DNA of 64,000 nt, taken from NCBI GenBank assembly GCA_019057865.1, contig JAHLWP010000005.1:1-64000 (forward strand). Reading direction: 5' to 3'. Origin of the DNA: Promethearchaeota archaeon. Lineage in GTDB: Archaea; Asgardarchaeota; Lokiarchaeia; Sigyniarchaeales; SOKP01. The notes below the pieces were generated by a model. That model worked only from the letters and a program-made list of their open reading frames with translations, did no database searches and was not told the origin of the DNA. Made by a program: the position numbers and the translations under genes. Of the stretch, positions 56,515 to 64,000 are shown piece after piece (the first letter of the stretch is position 1; each line of letters starts with the position of its first letter).

Positions 56515-56683
56515 ATTGTTTCATCTTATTACGGTAGAATGACATTTTGATATATTTAGATCAGAAGTTTTCTATACTAAATATATATCAAGTAATTTTC
56601 TAGTAATTTAATTTATAGGATTTAAATAAATAAACTCTTATTTATACTTATTTATACAAATAATTAGATGAAGATTAGGCTTT

Positions 56684-57571
56684 TTATTGATGATAAAATA
56701 GCTTAATATTTCGATTTTTTACTATTTTTTTAAACTCGAAGCTTTGGTAAGCAGATGAGAAAGATTCTTTAGCATCTTCTATAGCTCCATAAAAAATGAA
56801 ATTGGAAAACCAAGTTACAATAAATATTATACTAGCTCTTCTATATCGCGTATGGAATTTAACATTTAGACGCGGTGATGAATATTGAAATAAGAATAAA
56901 TTAGGAGCTGTGCCAACTGGAAGTTTTAGTGATGAACTAATTAATTGTTGAGTTTCTAATATATGAGCTATACTCTCCAAATTAATAACACCTCCATCAA
57001 TCCAAATCTTTTTAACGCCTATGTCTTTTAAACCTTCTAATATACTCACACTATTAGGTTGGTTCTTTTCTGTAATGTAAGCATATCTTTGAGTAGAGGT
57101 CATATTTTCAGAGCCTATTATTAATACCACTACTGAAGGTATTTTATATTTCTGAATAATTTTTAATTCTTTATCGTTCTTTAGATTTGAAATGGTGTTA
57201 TAAATATATTGGTCGGATTTAATACCTCTTTCATTAAGATATTCAACTCCAGCAATTCTAGAATCAAAATTCCCACCTAATACAAAAGGAGGGCTAAAAT
57301 GTTTCAAAAAAAAATCTAGATAACTAATCATAGCTTTGGGTTTGGATGCAGATATTTCAACTAAATTTGGTATTTTATATTGGTTTGATAATGAAATTTG
57401 CGTGTTAATTGCCTTTAGAGCTTTCCTCTCATCGAAAATTTCACTATTCTTACGATCAACAAACGATTGACCTTGATAAAAAAGTGTCCCTATTAATACA
57501 GGTGGTAAATCAAAACTCCCTCGACCTACTTTAATGTGTCCATAGGAATAAAATTTTGATTCTTTCATCAT
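56684..57571 (-). CDS. MtrH-like (methyl-H4MPT methyltransferase subunit H family) protein
   Basis: G.IKVG.....PPVLIGTLFY.G, FDE.KA...IN.Q, AM..Y.DF, IYN.I, LPVG.A and F..YG.IE. It stands alone, with no other mtr genes nearby. Confidence 0.75.
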   Translation of the reverse strand: MMKESKFYSYGHIKVGRGSFDLPPVLIGTLFYQGQSFVDRKNSEIFDERKALKAINTQISLSNQYKIPNLVEISASKPKAMISYLDFFLKHFSPPFVLGGNFDSRIAGVEYLNERGIKSDQYIYNTISNLKNDKELKIIQKYKIPSVVVLIIGSENMTSTQRYAYITEKNQPNSVSILEGLKDIGVKKIWIDGGVINLESIAHILETQQLISSSLKLPVGTAPNLFLFQYSSPRLNVKFHTRYRRASIIFIVTWFSNFIFYGAIEDAKESFSSAYQSFEFKKIVKNRNIKLFYHQ

Positions 57572-57651
57572 TAACTCAAATATTGCTTGAACATCTTTAA
57601 AACAAGATATAGCGGCTATTATCTTTAAATTTATAAAATTTATCTAAGCTA

Positions 57652-57939
57652 TTAAACAATTCTGTCTTTAGGTTTTCTTGTTTTTTTAATCTTTAACTTA
57701 ATATCATGTTCCGAGATAAGCCAGACTATTACCTCATAAGGTATCTTACGAAAATAGATTTCTGCTGCTTTTTCTCTGACTCGCTCTTTGTTCGTTAACC
57801 TTGGATCTCGTTGAGCAAGTAATTCTCTTTCGGCGAGCATCCAGCATAAATTGTCATATGTATAGTTCCTTTCTGAAAGATAATAAGCAGCAACATTAAT
57901 TTGTTCTTTCAAATCGATTTCTTTTCCACTCATTTTCAC
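57652..57939 (-). CDS. Small protein with a duplicated DUF2934-like motif
   Basis: EQINVAAYYLSER...LCWMLAEREL is followed by REKAAEIY....PYEVIVWLISEHDI. Confidence 0.55.
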   Translation of the reverse strand: MKMSGKEIDLKEQINVAAYYLSERNYTYDNLCWMLAERELLAQRDPRLTNKERVREKAAEIYFRKIPYEVIVWLISEHDIKLKIKKTRKPKDRIV

Positions 57940-58030
57940 TCCTTCCTTTAATATTTAATTTTATTTCTACTATTCCTAAAGAGAAATAAGATCTTTTAAA
58001 CTATTTCTTCATTACCATGATTGTATTTTT

Positions 58031-59233
58031 TTAATAAAGGTCAAGTTTGACACCACATTTTTTACACTGGGAATCTAATAATTTAACAAAGCAATCTTCA
58101 TGGTATAGTTGACCACATTCTGGATTACCACATTTAACTACTTTTTGACCTTTCTCAAAAATAAATTGGCATATTGGACAACTTGAATAGAGATCATCCT
58201 CTCTAAGCTCATCAATATTCATTGATTTTGCTGAGAATGTCTGTGGTTTCTGAAAACTAACTTCTTTTTTACCTTTTGAAAGAATCCTTAATTTCTGTAT
58301 TTGAGAAACTTCAGTTGGAATTTTTAATAGAAAAAAGCAATGGGGACACCTTGCGGTTCCAGATTTCTTTAATTTACTACTATGTTGAGAATCTGCCCAT
58401 GCTGCTAAACAATGAATGTGAAATGGAGTTTGACAGTTAGGGCAATATCTACCAGTAACATAAAATGATCCTTTAGTATATGGATTTTTATCAGAAAAAC
58501 AGATTGTGCATTTTTTAAAATCAGCTTCTCCTCTCAACTGTTTTATACGCTGTTCTTGATCTTTCGTTAAATCTTGAACTCTTAATAAATTTGCAGCTAT
58601 TTTCCTAAGGAAAGCTGGATTTTCTATATCGATTTCCTTTACTCCATAATTTTTTATGTTAGCTTCAGCAAATTCATGAGCAGATTGTAATAAAGTCCCT
58701 ACATCATTATTAAAATAGTATCTACCTCCTGTAAGATCACTTATTTTTTTTAAGATATTGACTTGGCTTACGTCTCCAATTCTAAATGTATCAATTTTTA
58801 TATTTAATCCTTCTGCAAGACGAGCCATTCTTAATGGATCGATAGCTGTATTTTTTGTGTAGTTCCCATCAGAAATAAGAAGTATTTTGGGATTTTTAGC
58901 TGCAATTTTTCTTAATTCAGCAATAACAGTTTTAATTGATAAAGCTAGCCCTTCTCCCATAGCAGAATTCCCTCCAAGCTTTATAGAATCCAATGCTGAA
59001 AAAAGACTATTTATGAAATTTGAAGTTGTAAAGTCCATAATTTTTTCTGCTATATCAGAAAATTTAATAATTGCAAATGCACTTGAAGTATCTAAATTAA
59101 ATCTATCAGTTATTAATTTTTTAACAGCCTTTATACAACAAATCAATCGGTTAGGAGTATAATCTGTTCTAAACATTGATCTTGATGTATCGATGCAAAT
59201 AACGATATTTTCAGGGACTCTTTGCTCAGACAT
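58031..59233 (-). CDS. vWA domain protein (Ssl1/Rpn10-like N-terminus) with two C-terminal RING/PHD-like zinc fingers
   Basis: The vWA part reads IVICIDTSRSM...DY.PNRL, ILLISDG and LKKISDLTGG.Y. Finger 1 is CTIC...CPNCQTPFHIHCL..W...CPHC and finger 2 is CPIC...C.NPEC..LYH..C...CKKC. Confidence 0.8.
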   Translation of the reverse strand: MSEQRVPENIVICIDTSRSMFRTDYTPNRLICCIKAVKKLITDRFNLDTSSAFAIIKFSDIAEKIMDFTTSNFINSLFSALDSIKLGGNSAMGEGLALSIKTVIAELRKIAAKNPKILLISDGNYTKNTAIDPLRMARLAEGLNIKIDTFRIGDVSQVNILKKISDLTGGRYYFNNDVGTLLQSAHEFAEANIKNYGVKEIDIENPAFLRKIAANLLRVQDLTKDQEQRIKQLRGEADFKKCTICFSDKNPYTKGSFYVTGRYCPNCQTPFHIHCLAAWADSQHSSKLKKSGTARCPHCFFLLKIPTEVSQIQKLRILSKGKKEVSFQKPQTFSAKSMNIDELREDDLYSSCPICQFIFEKGQKVVKCGNPECGQLYHEDCFVKLLDSQCKKCGVKLDLY

Positions 59234-59437
59234 CTTATTTTGAAAATCTTATTGAGAATTTTGCTAGACAAAATCTAATAAATCTATTTTATATATGTAT
59301 ATTAATTTATAAATAAATAACAGTCTTCAGAAAAATAAAGTTTTTTTTAAATTATACTAATATTTAATAAAACGTTTTACAACTATTAAAGTAAAGAATA
59401 TATAATAAAAGTAAAATGTAATTTAATCTGGTGTATA

Positions 59438-60646
59438 ATGTCAGAGAATAGTGAAAAAGAGATAATTATTAAAGATTTTTTTAAAAGTAATGTAATTTTC
59501 TCAGAATTAGATGAAATTTTAAGATTAAAGCCAGAAACTATGATTGGTATAGATAAAGTAAGTTCTGATAAATTAGTTGAAAATAATATCAAAACTGTTG
59601 AAGATCTAGCCAATCTATCAGTTGATAATCTCCCTGAAATCGAAGATTTACTACCTAAAATATTTAGAAAATGGGTCAAGATAGCTCAAGTCATACAAAA
59701 AGCTGTAAAAGAACAGTTGCGTCGCCATAAGAAGCTTTTAATGATAGGTCTCGATAATGGGGGCAAAACCTCCATCCTAGCGGTAGTTCAAGATAAATTC
59801 TCGATTATAAAATCCTTATTGCCAACAAGAGGCGTTAAGAGAGAAAAACTGGACTTCTTCGGATATCCAATAGTTTCGTGGGATTTAGGTGGACAAATCC
59901 AATATAGAGAAAAATTATATTTTAATAGACCAGAATTATTTTTTACCGAAGCTGACATCCTTTTATATGTTATTGATAGTCAAGATCTAGAAAGATTAGC
60001 AGAATCAGCTAATTATTTTCGAGAAGTTCTAAAAGCCTTAATAGATTTAGATGAGCAACCAAAGATTTTAATAATTATGAGCAAAAGCGATCCAGATTTT
60101 CGTAAATCATTCCAGTGGCAAAAAAATGTTGAAAGTATCAAGAATAAATTTGACAAAATTGCCGATGAATATAAACAATTCACAGTAGATTATTGTGATA
60201 CATCAATATTTCAAAGAGAGACCATAATGCAAATGTTTAGTATTGCCTTGAAGAAAGTTTCTGAAACTTCTGAAATTATCGAAAATATTCTTGAAGATTT
60301 TACTAGTCAGGTTGAGGGTAAAGCGTCAAGTTTAGTATCGATGGACGGATTAATTTTTGGAAGTTATACCAAAACAAGTACTGATGAGATGTTAGTGAAT
60401 AATACAGCACTTTTATTGCAAACACTTTCGAATTTTTATAGTTCAATTGGTCTTATTAGAGAAAAATCAATAAGTCTTGATTTACCACTTAATGGGTTTA
60501 CTATTCGGGGTGAAAAATTATTTGAGTATTCAGACCTTCATATACCTGTATATTTATGGCTGGTTTCGGAAAACCCAGAATTATTACAAAGCAAAATTGA
60601 TTATTTTAGAAAACAATTATTGCCATTGATTAACTTATTCCTCTGA
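59438..60646 (+). CDS. Arf/Rag-type small GTPase with an N-terminal HhH-like module and a C-terminal roadblock-like domain
   Basis: G1 is GLDNGGKTS, G2 PTRG, G3 WDLGGQ, G4 SKSD and G5 TSIF. The N-terminus has GI......KL....IKTVEDLA and the C-terminus has ASSLVSMDGLIFGSY. Confidence 0.85.
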   Translation: MSENSEKEIIIKDFFKSNVIFSELDEILRLKPETMIGIDKVSSDKLVENNIKTVEDLANLSVDNLPEIEDLLPKIFRKWVKIAQVIQKAVKEQLRRHKKLLMIGLDNGGKTSILAVVQDKFSIIKSLLPTRGVKREKLDFFGYPIVSWDLGGQIQYREKLYFNRPELFFTEADILLYVIDSQDLERLAESANYFREVLKALIDLDEQPKILIIMSKSDPDFRKSFQWQKNVESIKNKFDKIADEYKQFTVDYCDTSIFQRETIMQMFSIALKKVSETSEIIENILEDFTSQVEGKASSLVSMDGLIFGSYTKTSTDEMLVNNTALLLQTLSNFYSSIGLIREKSISLDLPLNGFTIRGEKLFEYSDLHIPVYLWLVSENPELLQSKIDYFRKQLLPLINLFL

Positions 60647-60714
60647 TTTTTACTTTTTTTTAAAATTATCTTATCATTTTAATGAATAAAGCTCAAATTG
60701 AATTTTCGGGTATT

Positions 60715-60927
60715 TTATTCTAATTTCTTATTAGCCTCGAGTAGATATTCATTGCACTTTTCCATCATTTCAATTGCTTTATTTAAGTTATCAACAATTG
60801 AGTCCAAACCCTTATTTTTTGCAACATCTCGCCATTTTATAAAAGATTCTTTGTGAGAATTATTATGATCTGCCCAATGTTTCAATAATTTAGATAATTT
60901 TAAAATATCCTTATCTTGTTTATCCAA
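60715..60927 (-). CDS. Small helical protein with an HW..HN..H motif (possible metal-binding accessory protein)
   Basis: It reads KL.KLL.HW.DHN.SH.E.F..W...AK and lies directly downstream of cdhA. Confidence 0.65.
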   Translation of the reverse strand: MDKQDKDILKLSKLLKHWADHNNSHKESFIKWRDVAKNKGLDSIVDNLNKAIEMMEKCNEYLLEANKKLE

Positions 60928-61075
60928 ACAATCTCACACTCTGAAAATTAAAAATGATATTATAATAAAATTATGTACTATACATTAAATTTTTGACTTA
61001 AACTTCTAAACTTAGTTTAAACTCAATGAATAATGCAATTTTAAAAAAAAAAGAAATATAAAAATTAAAAATAAA

Positions 61076-63430
61076 TTAGGCATGGCATAATCTTTTTAGC
61101 AAAGTTGGATCTATAATCTCTTTTGGTTTCCAACCCCTTTCTTTTAGATATTCTACAACTTCATCTTTCACGTTAATAGGAATATCTGCTTCGACACGTA
61201 TAAATTTATCTAAATCATTTGGGAATTTGACACCCTTATATTTACGTTCTAAGTCGATCCAATGAGATAATTTTATCATTCTGCCTTTTGAGTTATCAGC
61301 AGGTCTCAAACATAATTTAGCAACTAAACAGATTGCTTGCTCAATTGACTCAGCTGTAGTTAATAAATGCTCGGGACAAGGCCCTATTAAATGGTCAGCA
61401 GTTCCATCTCTTGCATTCCATACTTTCCAAGTATCTTCATCATCAGATCTGCCAATATACATTCTTCTATATTCAGCAGAATGAGGACCTACTACTGCGG
61501 GTACACCTAATCCATTTGCCATACTTGCGATACTTGCTGCCTTTTGACTCATTGCACCCCAAGCAACCCCCACGGCTCCAACTCTGTTTAAAATATAGTC
61601 AGCGATTTCTTCAAAATTACCTCTTAATGGACGCCTTGCGAAAATATTTGCTACCTTACATGCAGCTCCAGTGATGTGTGGATTTGAAACGCAACTTCCA
61701 ACGTTCACCAAACCACCACGGTCAAATTCGCCAGAATAACGATCATACAAAGTGTTGCCCTCTTCATCCTTAACAAGACCAATATCCATAGCACCACATC
61801 CAGAGACTACGACTATATAATTTCTTTTACAGAATTCTTCAGCCATTAAATAGAGTTCTTGGATATCTTTACCATAATTAGCACATCCAATAATAGCTAT
61901 AATACCTGGAATTTCTCCTAGAACGATAGGAGCGCCAACATTCCTAATTTCAGTGTCCATAATTGGTCCACGCCCAACTCTACAATTAAAGGTCTCGGTT
62001 CGAATCTTTTCGCGGCCAGCATATTGTATTAGAGTTAATGGGGATACGTTTTTCATACATTCCGCTTCACATCGCCCACAACCAAGGCAAAGATCAAAAG
62101 TATCTGCTAGTACAGAAAAGTCTCCCTCTTTTGCCAATCGAATACCTTCTACTAGTGGTAAATCATTAGGACAATTTCGTTGACAATTTTCACAGCCATT
62201 ACATCTATATGCCATATCAATACATCCTTGTTCATCAGGTACTCCACTTTTAGCTTTTCTTATAGGTTTTACTTTTATCGCAGTTTCAGCAGCTACTTCA
62301 CCTGCTTTTATTGGATCTAAAATTAAAACCCCAGGTGTTTTACCACTCACTAAATCATCAACAATTTCTTCATTTGGATCACCTGTTCTATCTGGAAGTC
62401 CACCCATATTTTTTTCATTAGTAGCAATAAATGGAGCTCCAATTAATTGAGCTTGCTCAAAAGATCTTAAATTAACACATTGCTCATCAACCATCACTAC
62501 ATCGGCTAAACCAGAACGGATGAAATGAAGTTGTCTTGACATTGAACCAACAATTTTTGCACCATCATAATACCTTGTTAAATCATGAGCAGTACAACAG
62601 ATAGCTCCAATATCAACCTTATCCTCAATTCCTTTTTCTCTTATGTAATCAACTAACTCAATTCCTGGAGCAACATTATGCCCAATCATTAAAATTGTCG
62701 CCTTGCTTGTATCCATTGTTCCCATACCTAATTCTACGATAGGAACATCTGGATCTCCCATAGGAAATCCATATGCAGCGATTTGTACCGCGTCAGAAAT
62801 CTCCATACCAACAGAATCTGCTAAACCGGCTAAGAAGCTTTTAGCTTCATAATCTAAGTAATTTGATTCTTGACCAGTATGACCTGCTGCGAGCAAGTGA
62901 GTTATAGTATAATGAACCCATTCCATTGCTGTTTCTAAATCCTCTAACGTTTCAGGTTTCATACCTACAACTAATCGAGTATGAGGCATCTCAACAGCAA
63001 TATTATTACCAAAATTAATGGGTACATTCCCGTATTTTTCTTTTAACCAATGTAATAAATGATCTCCATGAGCACTATGACAGGCAGCACCAATACAACA
63101 TGCAATTTCTACAATACGGCCCTGTTGGGTTTCCATATTAATTCCACATGCACCTGTCCTACCTTTTGATAGATTGCATTTACCATATGTACATAAGCAA
63201 CACATATCACATATTGGCATGTAATAAGGTTTATATCTTTCCATAAGCTTGAAAAACCATGATCTCAATGTGGGGATATTCGGAGTTGGTGTAGGACCAA
63301 GTGGTTCCCATTCAGTTTCATCTCCATAAGAAATTTTACCAGTAGTTAATTCAAATCCTTTAATTGTTCCCAGTGGTCCTTTATAAGAGTCTATTTTAAG
63401 TTTTGCTCCTTTTTTTTCCAATTTTTTCAC
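61076..63430 (-). CDS. cdhA: CO dehydrogenase/acetyl-CoA synthase complex subunit alpha (archaeal type)
   Basis: CDMCCLCTYGKC, GACG, H..H..H, GHN, ICCTAHD, DEQC, two ferredoxin motifs, GCA.Y, SGC, GSCVSN.H and GAMSQKA. Confidence 0.97.
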   Translation of the reverse strand: MKKLEKKGAKLKIDSYKGPLGTIKGFELTTGKISYGDETEWEPLGPTPTPNIPTLRSWFFKLMERYKPYYMPICDMCCLCTYGKCNLSKGRTGACGINMETQQGRIVEIACCIGAACHSAHGDHLLHWLKEKYGNVPINFGNNIAVEMPHTRLVVGMKPETLEDLETAMEWVHYTITHLLAAGHTGQESNYLDYEAKSFLAGLADSVGMEISDAVQIAAYGFPMGDPDVPIVELGMGTMDTSKATILMIGHNVAPGIELVDYIREKGIEDKVDIGAICCTAHDLTRYYDGAKIVGSMSRQLHFIRSGLADVVMVDEQCVNLRSFEQAQLIGAPFIATNEKNMGGLPDRTGDPNEEIVDDLVSGKTPGVLILDPIKAGEVAAETAIKVKPIRKAKSGVPDEQGCIDMAYRCNGCENCQRNCPNDLPLVEGIRLAKEGDFSVLADTFDLCLGCGRCEAECMKNVSPLTLIQYAGREKIRTETFNCRVGRGPIMDTEIRNVGAPIVLGEIPGIIAIIGCANYGKDIQELYLMAEEFCKRNYIVVVSGCGAMDIGLVKDEEGNTLYDRYSGEFDRGGLVNVGSCVSNPHITGAACKVANIFARRPLRGNFEEIADYILNRVGAVGVAWGAMSQKAASIASMANGLGVPAVVGPHSAEYRRMYIGRSDDEDTWKVWNARDGTADHLIGPCPEHLLTTAESIEQAICLVAKLCLRPADNSKGRMIKLSHWIDLERKYKGVKFPNDLDKFIRVEADIPINVKDEVVEYLKERGWKPKEIIDPTLLKRLCHA

Positions 63431-63492
63431 TTTACTTTTTTTTTTAATATTAGGTATAATCGATAATAATTAGGTTTATCTTTGATTTTATT

Positions 63493-63530
63493 TTAAATCT
63501 ATGAAATAGATTTAATTCTATGAAATAGAC
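63493..63530. promoter_or_regulatory. Tandem palindromic operator in the cdhA promoter
   Basis: The perfect inverted repeat TTAAATCTAT-GAA-ATAGATTTAA is at 63493-63515, with a second TCTAT-GAA-ATAGA core at 63517-63529. Both lie immediately downstream of a minus-strand TATA-like CTTAAATA at ~63532-63539. Confidence 0.65.
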
Positions 63531-63668
63531 ATATTTAAGAATTTAAAAGTTGATGTTTATATTCCAAAACTTAGATTTGGAAATTCCATAATTATAAAAA
63601 GTGTGAAGCTTCACACTAGCTTAAAAATCTGAATTCAGTAAAATGAAATTAATCTAAAAACTATAACC

Positions 63669-64000
63669 TTAAAGTGTAGAGAGAAAATCAGAAACTACTT
63701 CTTCTGAGGGTTCTGGATCGACAACAGAACTATCTAGTTCTTCACTTATGATATCAAATTGGTATGTACATTTATCAGCACCTACTAGAACACATTCAAC
63801 TTCCTGACCATCGACATCAAAATTTAAGGTTTCAAGTACCCCTTGGAAGATGCCTAAGTAAAGTAAGCATATGTTTTTAGCCATAATATTTTCTTTTTCT
63901 TGAGATGCTAAGGAGTTATTTACACCCACTAAAATTTGAGTTTTTCTGAATAGTGCCCTTAATTGACCATAACCCATTAATTCCATGGCTTCAAGAACAC
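63669..64000 (-). CDS. V4R (Bet3/TRAPP-related fold) domain protein, 5'-partial
   Basis: The frame is open to the window edge. LMGYG, C.LY.GIF.G.L and EVEC...GADKC.Y.F are typical of V4R domains. Confidence 0.75.
   Translation of the reverse strand, partial: VLEAMELMGYGQLRALFRKTQILVGVNNSLASQEKENIMAKNICLLYLGIFQGVLETLNFDVDGQEVECVLVGADKCTYQFDIISEELDSSVVDPEPSEEVVSDFLSTL

Noticed and set aside
660-62183. Many short ORFs in the track that overlap longer genes (e.g. 660-908, 987-1298, 5926-6240, 8351-8656, 14399-14647, 48002-48385, 58887-59162, 59386-59679, 61411-61674)
   Set aside because: They are antisense or alternate-frame shadows of well-supported genes and have no recognisable motifs.

Overview
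This AT-rich (roughly 30% GC by eye), gene-dense window is almost certainly from an Asgard archaeon of the Lokiarchaeia. The evidence is an archaeal-type CdhA, an MtrH-like protein, a Loki/PGF-CTERM-type sorting signal, and many roadblock/longin, small GTPase, V4R, vWA-RING and SNAP/TPR-like proteins. I found about 60 CDSs and no rRNA, tRNA, CRISPR array, transposase or integrase. Most genes are metabolic or housekeeping: acyl-CoA dehydrogenase, nitroreductases, Fe-ADH, sulfatase, GH57, maltokinase, FeoAB, Pcm, U32 and CdhA. Five things stand out. (1) Four paralogous ~760-aa receptor-like single-pass proteins have a signal peptide, a glycosylated beta-rich ectodomain with a variable distal module, one TM helix and a cytoplasmic longin-like domain. 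Three are in tandem, and the middle one is a visible ectodomain/endodomain chimera made by unequal crossover at ~29,155. (2) A 752-aa protein carries about six tandem ~62-aa HTH-like repeats fused to a probable PD-(D/E)xK nuclease domain. (3) A Rab-like pseudo-GTPase lies next to a roadblock gene. (4) A vWA-double-RING protein is divergent from an HhH-GTPase-roadblock (Rag-like) fusion. (5) An ArsR-ARPP-1 operon has a palindromic operator array. Several gene remnants and clear operator palindromes upstream of cdhA and feoA, all missed by the ORF track, are also present. All family calls come from motif recognition by eye; no database searches were run.
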